The translations under genes and the position numbers were made by a program. DNA of 59,070 nucleotides, counting the filler. It is 9 parts of 9 records of this genome, joined end to end, with 100 filler letters (N's around TTAATTAATTAA, not from the genome) between each part and the next. Parts side by side here need not be neighbours in the genome. Positions count along the whole stretch, not along the records: positions 1 to 5,814 come from SRR31156797_66448; positions 5,915 to 11,935 come from SRR31156797_66490; 7 more parts are not named here. The stretch is one strand, 5' to 3'. The notes under the pieces are model-generated. The model worked only from the letters and a program-made list of their open reading frames with translations, did not search any database and was not told the DNA's origin. Shown piece after piece: positions 1 through 8,754 of this stretch. Position 1 is the stretch's first letter. The number at the start of each line of letters is the position of its first letter.

Positions 1-254
1 ATGCGGACTGTTTTGCGTTTCTTTGGGAATAGCTGCTTGCACTGGAGACGGAGAATTCTTCTCTCGCAAAAACCTGTCCGGGGCAGGCCTCAGTTGGTTA
101 GAACAAAAAATGCGTCCCATTGAAGCGGCGCCAAAAAAGATGACTATGTTCGGCGATTCCCTTGAGAGCGGATTCGTCATTATAACCCTAAACGAACTTA
201 CATCAAATGTCGTAACGGCATGGTGTATTCACATCTTGAGGATATTGAATAATT

Positions 255-1091
255 ATGGCTTTAGATCCTTTCTTTCACGGACGCCTCATTGCAATTGGTG
301 GAAATGAAGATAAAGCTAAAGATCTGGTTGTGCTTAAACGAGTTGTTCAAGAAATTGGCAAGAGCGATTATAAAGTCGGAGTAATCACCACCGCAAGCAA
401 AGATCCGGAACAACGAGGCAAGGACTATCACCAGGTATTTACTAAACTTGGGGCGTCCGGAATTGAAATATTAGACATAAAAAATAGATATCAAGCAAAC
501 GACGAAACTCTCGCCAAATCTCTCGAAGATGCTGATTTGGTTTTTCTTACCGGCGGCGACCAATTACGGCTCACAACTATTGTGGGAGGATCAAAGGTGC
601 TTCATGCCATTCAAAACCGTCTAAATGAAGGAGCCCTAATCGCCGGCACTAGTGCCGGGGCTGCCATTTTTTCCGATACCATGATTTATGAAGGAAAAAG
701 TGAAGAAGGATTATTTAAAGGAAGAGTCCTAACCACACATGGGTTTGGTTTCGTGAGAGATATCATTTTTGATACTCATTTTATGGCAAGAGGTCGTATT
801 GGACGTCTTATTCAGATTGTTACAACGAACCCGACATGCTTTGGGGTTGGTATTGGCGAGGATTCCGGTGTTGTTTTAAAGGGAGATGTAACTGTCGAGG
901 CTATTGGTGCAGGGCAGGTCATTATCGTTGACGGTAACGATATTGCCCATTCCAACATAATGGATATTAAACCAGGCGGACCTATTGCCGTAGAAAATGT
1001 GCGAATCCATTCATTAGTAAATGGATATGGATACAATTTTGAAAAAAGGCGTTTTCTGACACCAAAACAAGTAGGAGAAATTGATGATTGA
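255..1091 (+). CDS. cphB: Cyanophycinase (peptidase S51 family)
   Basis: N-terminal LIAIGGNEDK, FLTGGDQLRL, nucleophile motif GTSAGA and DTHF..RGRIGRL; overlaps the start of cphA. Confidence 0.93.
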   Translation: MALDPFFHGRLIAIGGNEDKAKDLVVLKRVVQEIGKSDYKVGVITTASKDPEQRGKDYHQVFTKLGASGIEILDIKNRYQANDETLAKSLEDADLVFLTGGDQLRLTTIVGGSKVLHAIQNRLNEGALIAGTSAGAAIFSDTMIYEGKSEEGLFKGRVLTTHGFGFVRDIIFDTHFMARGRIGRLIQIVTTNPTCFGVGIGEDSGVVLKGDVTVEAIGAGQVIIVDGNDIAHSNIMDIKPGGPIAVENVRIHSLVNGYGYNFEKRRFLTPKQVGEIDD

Positions 1092-3696
1092 AATACAAGA
1101 ATTAAGGGCATTACGCGGTCCCAATCGATATACTCGGCATTCAGCCATATTCATGGTCTTGGATATTAAGGAATACGAAAGCCGTCCTTCGGATAAAATT
1201 GAAGGCTTTTCGGATCGGTTGGCGACACTTATTCCAACCCTTAAAGAACACGGCTGCTCCATCGAAAAGCCCGGCGGCTTTATCCAAAGACTTCAAAATG
1301 GAACGTGGGCAGGGCATATTATAGAGCATATCGCCATTGAACTCCAATGCTTGGCTGGAATGGAAGTTGGATACGGTAAAACTCTCAATACATCGAAAAA
1401 TGGAATTTACATCGTGGTTTTCCGGTATCACGTAGAATCCGTGGGATTGAAAGCGGCTAAAGAGGCCGTATCCCTATTCGAAGCCGTAGCTGAAGAAAAG
1501 AACTTCGATGTCAACCAAGTAGTTTCAGAACTCAAGGTGTTGCGCGAAGAGGATATGTTGGGGCCGACCACCTGGAGTATTGTTAAAGAGGCCAAATCGA
1601 GGGGCATCCCTTATATTCGGCTAAATGAAAATAGTTATATTCAGTTGGGGTATGGCGCCCATCAAAAACGGATACAGGCCTCTATAACCAGCCAAACTTC
1701 GGCCATTGCCGTGGAAACCGCCGATGAAAAGACAAAAGTGAAAGAGTATTTAAAGAAATCAGGCATTCCGGTTCCAAACGGACGGGTTGTTTCAACTGAA
1801 GAAGAGGCCATAGACGTTTTCCATGAAATTGGAGCTGCTGTTGTTGTCAAGCCGGATGTTGGCAATCATGGTAGGGGGGCGACTATTAATATTGACGATT
1901 TGGAGCAATTAAAAACGGCTTATCGAGTGGCTCAAGCCAAACACCCCAATGTGATTGTTGAAGAGTATGTTAAGGGCTTCGATTTTCGCCTTTTGGTAAT
2001 AAATGGCAGTTTAGTAGCAGCGGCCAGGCGAGAACCTGCTCATGTTATAGGAGATGGGATATCCTCAATAAAAAACCTTATTAATAAAACAAATGAAGAT
2101 CCTCGTCGAGGGTTTGGACATGAAAAGGTTCTAACACGTATAGAAATCGATGACATGACTGAAAGGCTCTTACGCCAAAAAGGACTTTCTCCGGATTCCT
2201 GCCCGGGAGAAGGAGAAAAGATATACCTAAAAACTACAGCTAATCTTAGCCAAGGCGGTACTGCCGCCGACGTTACTGATGAGGTGCACCCCGATATCCG
2301 CCTGTTGGCTGAACGATCCGCTCGGATTATTGGACTGGATTGCATGGGAGTAGACGTTTTGGCTAAGGACATATCGCTTCCTTTGGCCCAATCCGGCATT
2401 AAAGTGGTTGAAGTAAATGCCGCACCCGGATTTCGGATGCACTTGGAGCCTACAGACGGACAACCTAGGAATGTTGCAAAATCCCTTGTGGATATGCTTT
2501 TTTTGAAGGACTACTCTCAAATTCCCGTTTTGGCTGTAACCGGCACAAATGGTAAAACGACGACCTGTAAATTACTTGCCCACACATTAAAGTATTCGGG
2601 TAAAATAGTAGGTTTGGCCTGTACTACGGGCATTGCCATTGATGGGCGGCCCATCTTGACCGGAGACTACAGCGGCCCGGAAGGCGCCGGGATTGTTATT
2701 AGGGAACCGACTGTGGACCATATCGTTTTGGAGGTCGCCCGGGGGGGAATAGCCCGACGAGGCCTCGGCGTTGATGAAGTTGATGTGGGTGTTCTGTTGA
2801 ATATTGGAAGCGACCATTTGGGCGCTGACTGGATCGAATCCCAAGAAGATCTAAGCTTGGTAAAGTCCACGGTAGTTGAAGTGGTCAAAGGATCCGGCGC
2901 TTCAGTACTAAATGCAGAGGACGACGTGACCATGAGTGTCTTGGATCGCGCTCGTGGGAATATTATTCTATTTTCTCTGGATCCCAATAACCAAAAGATT
3001 AAAGATCATATCAAGACAGGGGGAACCGTTGTCACGTTGGACGAACGAGATGTCATCATTAGAAACAAGGAATTGGACATTACTATCTGCTCGCTTGAAG
3101 AAATCCCCATTACCTTTGGCGGAATTGTCGACTTTAATATCTCCAATGCCCTCGCTGCCGTTGGAGCCCTGCATGGTTTGAATCTGCCTCTTGAGCAAAT
3201 ACGAAACGGGATTATGACTTTTTATCCTTCGACAAATCAGAATCCAGGTCGAATGAATTTGTTCGATTTTCAAAAATACAAGGTCCTGGTGGATTATAGC
3301 CATAACCCGGAATCAGCTCGCGCCCTGGCCGGATTATTACCAAGGCTCTCAAAGGGTAGAAAGATTGCTTTATGTCACGGAACAGGCAATCGGACCAATG
3401 AACAACTCATTGAATATGGAATGGCCCTGGCTTCGGCATACGATTATATCGCATTAGCTGATTTTGATCCCCGTAACAGGCCTATAGGAGAAACCTCTGA
3501 AATAGTTCGCGAGGGGTTGATTAAAGGTGGGGTTAAAGAGGAAAATATCCAAATAGTTACAGAGCCGGACAAGGCTGTGGATTTCATCTTTTCAAAGGCG
3601 GAAACAGGAGATTTGGTGGTCATTCAGCCCGATGAACTCGAACCAATCATGAGTCAAGTAATTGAGCGCTACAGGCAGATAGTGACACTTCTCTAA
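1084..3696 (+). CDS. cphA: Cyanophycin synthetase CphA1 (N domain + ATP-grasp + Mur-ligase-like domain)
   Basis: LRGPN start, Cx19HxxEH N-domain motif, QLGYG, VVKP..GNHGRG, EVNAAPGFRMH, GTNGKTT, PGRMNLF; ATG at 1084 after AGGAG; about 870 aa. Confidence 0.95.
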   Translation: MIEIQELRALRGPNRYTRHSAIFMVLDIKEYESRPSDKIEGFSDRLATLIPTLKEHGCSIEKPGGFIQRLQNGTWAGHIIEHIAIELQCLAGMEVGYGKTLNTSKNGIYIVVFRYHVESVGLKAAKEAVSLFEAVAEEKNFDVNQVVSELKVLREEDMLGPTTWSIVKEAKSRGIPYIRLNENSYIQLGYGAHQKRIQASITSQTSAIAVETADEKTKVKEYLKKSGIPVPNGRVVSTEEEAIDVFHEIGAAVVVKPDVGNHGRGATINIDDLEQLKTAYRVAQAKHPNVIVEEYVKGFDFRLLVINGSLVAAARREPAHVIGDGISSIKNLINKTNEDPRRGFGHEKVLTRIEIDDMTERLLRQKGLSPDSCPGEGEKIYLKTTANLSQGGTAADVTDEVHPDIRLLAERSARIIGLDCMGVDVLAKDISLPLAQSGIKVVEVNAAPGFRMHLEPTDGQPRNVAKSLVDMLFLKDYSQIPVLAVTGTNGKTTTCKLLAHTLKYSGKIVGLACTTGIAIDGRPILTGDYSGPEGAGIVIREPTVDHIVLEVARGGIARRGLGVDEVDVGVLLNIGSDHLGADWIESQEDLSLVKSTVVEVVKGSGASVLNAEDDVTMSVLDRARGNIILFSLDPNNQKIKDHIKTGGTVVTLDERDVIIRNKELDITICSLEEIPITFGGIVDFNISNALAAVGALHGLNLPLEQIRNGIMTFYPSTNQNPGRMNLFDFQKYKVLVDYSHNPESARALAGLLPRLSKGRKIALCHGTGNRTNEQLIEYGMALASAYDYIALADFDPRNRPIGETSEIVREGLIKGGVKEENIQIVTEPDKAVDFIFSKAETGDLVVIQPDELEPIMSQVIERYRQIVTLL

Positions 3697-4036
3697 TCTG
3701 TTTTAGTCAGCAATTGAGTTGCCATCGGCCAACCGGCGAGATGGTTTGATTGTGCTGTACACCTGTTGCGGTGATGAAAAAGGAAGACTATGCCTTGCCC
3801 CTGGTTATTCAAATCTCTCTTGAATGTTTTAGTGAGCTTCTTATGGGGATTCTATAATTGGCGTGCAATTCACAGACATGGTTTCAATTTCTGCCTTGTA
3901 TATTAGCCGGCGTTAACCCAATTCAATCTTACACAAGAGGTGTTCGGTCCGGTCTGGTGCTTCAAAAAGCCCTGATTCGCATATCGGACTGGCTCCTGGC
4001 AAGCTATTGACTGGTGCAGCCGACTTGCCGTTCTAA

Positions 4037-5089
4037 TCACATTATTTTTTTTGCATTTTGCCCGTTTTCCTCATCCCTGACCTGTTTTCTCTTCCTGGAG
4101 AGACGCCGGAATAAGAACCGTTCAAATGCTCCCGGTTTTTCAAACAGCTTTGGATCAAAGGCGGACAATGGGGCTTCAGCCCGGGCCATGGACTTGTGCC
4201 CCCCGGCCGAACCGAAAGCGCCTAATGACTCCATGGCCATGCGTCCGGCGTTTTTTCTAACCCCGGCAACCCTGAATATGACAATCAGGTGATCCTTGAA
4301 GATGCCGGCGGCGATACTCCGGTTGATATCGTGAACCCGCATGAAAAAATCAGCCAGCATAACCAGCGTGTCCGGGTTATCGACCCTTTCCATAAACACC
4401 AGGGCCGTCTCTTTTTTCAGTTTTACATTTTCAAAGGCTTTTTGGAAATATTTCAACGACGAACGGGATACGCCCGAGTTTTCAATTTTTCTGACCATAT
4501 TTTGGTTGTGTAATGGGAATAGAAAACGGAAGGCCCTCATATCTTCAAGCTGCCCCTGGCGGACAAAATTGTTGGTGTCTGTTTTTATGCCATAGAATAA
4601 GGCGGCGGCTAATCCGCGGTTGGGAGTTATTTTTGCGGCTCTTAAGTATTCGGTCAGGATTGTGGCGGTGGCGCCGTAATCCGGCCTCACATCGAAAAAA
4701 TCGGTGGTATTTTTACCAACAGGGTGATGATCGATAATAACGTGAAAATGGAGTGAATCAAGTCCTTCAACATGATGGGGCTGCGAGTCCACCATGGTCA
4801 GCTTGGTAAAGTTTTTTATATCAAGGCCGGCAATGTGACAGATGTTTAGCTTGAGACACTTAATCATGGCCAGGTTGTCGGCGCGTTTGATTTCGTTGGT
4901 ACGGGCAATTGTCACCGAGTTCACTCTGCGCCAGAGCAGCCTTTTAAGGGCCATGGCGCTGGATATCGCGTCCGGATCGGCATTGATTATAATCAACACC
5001 TTGTCGTCATTTTGAAAAACAGTATAGAACCGGTTCAATTTTTCTATCATTGACGCGGAGCGCGGCAGAACGTGAGTTTTAGACGACAT
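4037..5089 (-). CDS. DHH/DHHA1 family phosphoesterase
   Basis: ADPDAISS, MVDSQ, IIDHHP, GIKTDT and C-terminal SAGGH motifs; ATG at 5089 chosen, GTG at 5101 possible. Confidence 0.88.
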   Translation of the reverse strand: MSSKTHVLPRSASMIEKLNRFYTVFQNDDKVLIIINADPDAISSAMALKRLLWRRVNSVTIARTNEIKRADNLAMIKCLKLNICHIAGLDIKNFTKLTMVDSQPHHVEGLDSLHFHVIIDHHPVGKNTTDFFDVRPDYGATATILTEYLRAAKITPNRGLAAALFYGIKTDTNNFVRQGQLEDMRAFRFLFPLHNQNMVRKIENSGVSRSSLKYFQKAFENVKLKKETALVFMERVDNPDTLVMLADFFMRVHDINRSIAAGIFKDHLIVIFRVAGVRKNAGRMAMESLGAFGSAGGHKSMARAEAPLSAFDPKLFEKPGAFERFLFRRLSRKRKQVRDEENGQNAKKIM

Positions 5090-5138
5090 ACTTTTCAACA
5101 CCTGATTTCGATTCTATTCATAAATTGTTATTTTCCCA

Positions 5139-5167
5139 ATCATAAGTAGGGAAAAATCACCTGTCAA
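5139..5167 (-). promoter_or_regulatory. sigma70-type promoter for the DHH gene
   Basis: Minus strand reads TTGACA (5167-5162), 17 nt, TATGAT (5144-5139); near consensus. Confidence 0.7.
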
Positions 5168-5205
5168 GGTCAACGTCCGCGTTCAGCGTCGCCGTTGCTT
5201 GCGCT

Positions 5206-5814
5206 TTATGGACGTTTCATCAACTCCACGTTTATATTGTTGGACCCTGTCGGGTCAATAGTCAACCCCTCGGGCAATTCAACATCGGCGCGATCAAGAT
5301 TAAATTCATAATTTCCAGGAGTTAAACCGGAAAGATTTACATCGACCGTCACTTGTCCCGGATCGAGGCGGCCTACCAGGGTGCGGGTTCCAGAAACTTT
5401 TAGTTGCATATAATTTTCTGTTTTTTTCCCCATAACCACATCTACAGGAATATTAACATAACCGACAGAGGCTTGAATATCCACGGTTATTACCTGTTGT
5501 CCGGCCAGGATAAACCAGAAGCCCAGGACAATTGCCAGGGCCGCCAATTTGGCCGAAAGCTCTTTAATCATAAAGTTCAAGCCGTTAAAACCAGGGGCGA
5601 AAGATCTGCCGGCGTCCATGTGTTCGCTAAGACCGGCGTAGAGTGCATCAGGGGAATCGTATTCTTCAATCGATCCGCCTACGACGGTTGAGACGCGGCC
5701 GCGTTCTTCCGAAACCACTATGGAAACCGAATCAGTGTGTTCGGATATACCAAGAGCCGCCCTATGCCGGGTTCCGTATTCCTCCGGTATATCTTCACGT
5801 TGTGTCAACGGCAG
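5206..5814 (-). CDS. Diadenylate cyclase (DisA_N/DAC) C-terminal part fused to a TM helix and a YbbR/CdaR-like domain; 5' truncated by contig end
   Basis: LPLT...GTRHRAALGISE.TD...VVSEERG DAC signature, then hydrophobic KLAALAIVLGFWFIL and a beta-rich YbbR-like tail (VNLSGLTPG...VELPEGL). Confidence 0.8.
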   Translation of the reverse strand: MPLTQREDIPEEYGTRHRAALGISEHTDSVSIVVSEERGRVSTVVGGSIEEYDSPDALYAGLSEHMDAGRSFAPGFNGLNFMIKELSAKLAALAIVLGFWFILAGQQVITVDIQASVGYVNIPVDVVMGKKTENYMQLKVSGTRTLVGRLDPGQVTVDVNLSGLTPGNYEFNLDRADVELPEGLTIDPTGSNNINVELMKRP

Positions 5815-5914
5815 NNNNNNNNNNNNNNNNNNNNNNNNNNNNNNNNNNNNNNNNNNNNTTAATTAATTAANNNNNNNNNNNNNNNNNNNNNNNNNNNNNN
5901 NNNNNNNNNNNNNN
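5815..5914. other. Artificial contig spacer
   Basis: N44-TTAATTAATTAA-N44 (stops in all six frames). Confidence 0.99.
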
Positions 5915-6272
5915 AGCCGGGACGGTTAACTCCGACACCAATCGTATTGCGGCACAAATGACGCTTGCCGGCCCTGCAATTTCGGCAGTGGCCACAGGTG
6001 ATGTGCCCTTCGGCAGACACCCGGTCGCCTTCTTTCAACCCTCTGACCTCGCTTCCCATCTCGGTAACAATACCGACAAACTCATGGCCGATGGTCATGG
6101 GAGTGGGAATGGTTTTGCTGGACCACGCATCCCAGTTGTAAATATGGATGTCGGTTCCGCAGATGGCGCTCTTTCTTACCTTGATCAGTACGTCGTTGTG
6201 GCTGATTGTCGGGAAGGAGACGTCATCCATCCAGATGCCCTGTTCGGGTTTGCGTTTTACAATGGCTTTCAT
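5915..6272 (-). CDS. tdh: L-threonine 3-dehydrogenase, 3' truncated
   Basis: [37 protein letters not shown] zinc motifs; directly downstream of kbl. Confidence 0.93.
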
Positions 6273-6279
6273 GGTTCGC

Positions 6280-7470
6280 CTATTGAATGATGTTTAGTTT
6301 TTTGCCGACGTTGATAAATGCTTTCAGGGCACGGTCTATCTGTTCACGGTGATGGGCGGCTGACATTTGCGTCCGTATCCGGGCCTTTCCTTCCGGTACG
6401 ACGGGAAAACTGAATCCAACAACATAAATGCCTTCTTCAAGCATTTTGGAAGCCATTTTTTGCGCCAGCACCGCATCGTAAACCATCACCGGTATGATCG
6501 GGTGGTGGCCTGGAACCAGGTCGAACCCTGCTTTCTCCATTTGTCCTCTGAAATAGCTGGTGTTCTGTTCCAGACGAACAAGCAGATCGGGGTCTTCCTC
6601 GATGAGGTCCAGGACCGCAATGGATGTGGCGGCAATGACCGGTGCCAGGGAGTTGGAGAAAAGATAGGGCCGGGATCGCTGGCGCAACCAGTCGATAACT
6701 TCCTTTGGCCCGGAAGTATAACCACCGGACGCGCCGCCCAACGCCTTTCCAAGGGTGCCGGTGAGGATGTCCACACGACCCGTCACATTGCAGTACTCCG
6801 GGGTTCCCCTACCATGATCGCCGACGAAGCCTACAGCATGGGAATCGTCCACCATTACCCATGCATCGTAGCGATCCGCCAGGTCGCAGATCGTTGGCAG
6901 ATCGGCAACGATACCATCCATGGAAAAGACGCCATCCGTGGCGACGATCCTGTAACGGTAGCCGGCCGCAGCCTTCAATTGTTGTTCCAGATCTGCCATG
7001 TCATTGTTTTTATATCGAAATTTTTTTGCTTTACACAACCGGATGCCGTCGATAATGCTGGCATGATTTAATTCGTCGCTGATCACGGCATCCTTGTCGT
7101 TCAGCAATGTTTCGAATAACCCGCCGTTGGCGTCAAAACAGGAACTGTACAAAATGGTGTCTTCGGTTCCTAAAAATTGGCTGATTCTGGCTTCCAACGT
7201 TTTATGAATGTCCTGGGTGCCGCAAATGAATCGTACGGAGGAGAGGCCGAATCCATGCGTGGAAAGTGCGTCTTTTGCCTTTTCCACCAATTGTGGATGG
7301 TTGGAAAGGCCCAGGTAATTGTTGGCACAAAAGTTAAGAACAGTCCTTTTGTCGGCAACGCGAATGGCTGCCTGTTGTGCAGAGGTGATAACTCTCTCTT
7401 TTTTATATAGACCTTTTTTTCTGAGAATTCCCAGTTCACTGGTAAGATGGGTCAAGAGATCTGTAGCCAT
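6280..7470 (-). CDS. kbl: 2-amino-3-ketobutyrate CoA ligase (glycine C-acetyltransferase)
   Basis: [29 protein letters not shown]-Lys motif [22 protein letters not shown] at 7470 with GGAGG upstream. Confidence 0.95.
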   Translation of the reverse strand: MATDLLTHLTSELGILRKKGLYKKERVITSAQQAAIRVADKRTVLNFCANNYLGLSNHPQLVEKAKDALSTHGFGLSSVRFICGTQDIHKTLEARISQFLGTEDTILYSSCFDANGGLFETLLNDKDAVISDELNHASIIDGIRLCKAKKFRYKNNDMADLEQQLKAAAGYRYRIVATDGVFSMDGIVADLPTICDLADRYDAWVMVDDSHAVGFVGDHGRGTPEYCNVTGRVDILTGTLGKALGGASGGYTSGPKEVIDWLRQRSRPYLFSNSLAPVIAATSIAVLDLIEEDPDLLVRLEQNTSYFRGQMEKAGFDLVPGHHPIIPVMVYDAVLAQKMASKMLEEGIYVVGFSFPVVPEGKARIRTQMSAAHHREQIDRALKAFINVGKKLNIIQ

Positions 7471-7533
7471 TGAAAAGACCTCCGTACTATGGGTCGACCC
7501 GTTTTCGGGACAACGCTTGGGTTCAATGGGCAT

Positions 7534-8553
7534 TTACAACGCGGACACCTTGTTTCTGCCCGTTGTTTTCGATTGATACATGGCTTTGTCCGCACGGTTC
7601 AGGAACTCTTCAGCCAGTTCGTCGTTTTCATAAAGGGTGACACCGAAAGAGAGGGTTATTTTTCCCAGGCTTTCACCCGTGCTTTTCTTTTTTAAATCCA
7701 ATCGTTCAAATGACAACCGAATGTCCTCCGCCAACTTGATCGCGCCTTTTTTCGGTGTGTGAGGCAACAAAATGGCAAATTCCTCACCACCGATCCTGGC
7801 AACGAGGTCCTGTCCCTTGATGGAATTTTTGATGGTTGCTGCCACCATTCGGATAACATTGTCGCCAACGAGATGACCGTGGGTGTCGTTGACTCTCTTG
7901 AAATGATCGATATCTGCCATGATCATGCAGAGCTTGGAGTTGTTATCCTTCGCTTCATCAATGGCAAGTGCAAGCTTTTCATCAAAGCCCCGGCGATTTT
8001 CGATTTGTGTCAATGGATCTTTCAGCGCCTCGTCGCGATATCGCATCATTGTGTTTTTCAATTGGTCGATTTCAGTTGTTGCCTGTTGGAGCTGTTCTTT
8101 GAACGTAGAGCTTGAAAACGCCAGATTTTTTATTTCCGTTTTGATCTTACCAATGATTCTTTCCACAGCGGCCTGGGAGAGGCTGGGAACGATCGAACCA
8201 TTGATGATTTGCAGATTGTTTTCGGACTTGGAGAAATTTGAATCGGTCGCATTGATGGCACCGACGATTTCCGAGAACACCCGTTTTAGTTCTCCATCAA
8301 TTAACTTATTGACCCTTGCCGTTCCCTGTCCGATGTGCTGATCGTAAAATTCCTTACTGATTTCCTGGGAGAAACGACCCTCCTTTTTTACATGTTCGTC
8401 GATGGCATGGTTTAATGCTGTATTCCTGCCGGATACATAGTCATACCAGACGCAATAATTCAACGGATCGGTCGAAAGGCCGTATTTGCCGATCCATTCC
8501 AGTGCCAGACGCAGAAACTGCCGTGATACACCAACGGAATCTTGATAATGCAT
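7534..8553 (-). CDS. Cytoplasmic diguanylate cyclase (coiled coil + GGDEF domain)
   Basis: DPLT, DIDHFKRVNDTHGHLVGD, RIGGEEF, RADKAMY..K..GRN. Confidence 0.9.
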   Translation of the reverse strand: MHYQDSVGVSRQFLRLALEWIGKYGLSTDPLNYCVWYDYVSGRNTALNHAIDEHVKKEGRFSQEISKEFYDQHIGQGTARVNKLIDGELKRVFSEIVGAINATDSNFSKSENNLQIINGSIVPSLSQAAVERIIGKIKTEIKNLAFSSSTFKEQLQQATTEIDQLKNTMMRYRDEALKDPLTQIENRRGFDEKLALAIDEAKDNNSKLCMIMADIDHFKRVNDTHGHLVGDNVIRMVAATIKNSIKGQDLVARIGGEEFAILLPHTPKKGAIKLAEDIRLSFERLDLKKKSTGESLGKITLSFGVTLYENDELAEEFLNRADKAMYQSKTTGRNKVSAL

Positions 8554-8754
8554 GGGATGGTTGTCTCTCTTAAAATGGGAAGTTTCTTTTCAAACAATTC
8601 CAATGTAAGAGCAGATGGAAAAACTGTCAATAAAAACCGTCCCTTTGGAAGTTCAATATTTGTTCCAGGGCTTATTTGCTTGACCTCTAATTCTCCACTA
8701 TGCATAATCTTGGATTCTTTCTATTCCTTCGCTACCGCCAAAGGTAAAGGACTC

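Noticed and set aside
1-254. Short ORFs upstream of cphB (23..307 + and an open minus-strand frame from 180)
   Set aside because: No recognisable motifs or RBS; the plus ORF overlaps cphB out of frame.
3697-4036. 340-nt gap between the convergent cphA and DHH genes as a possible ncRNA
   Set aside because: No clear stem-loop, promoter or known RNA motif recognisable by eye.
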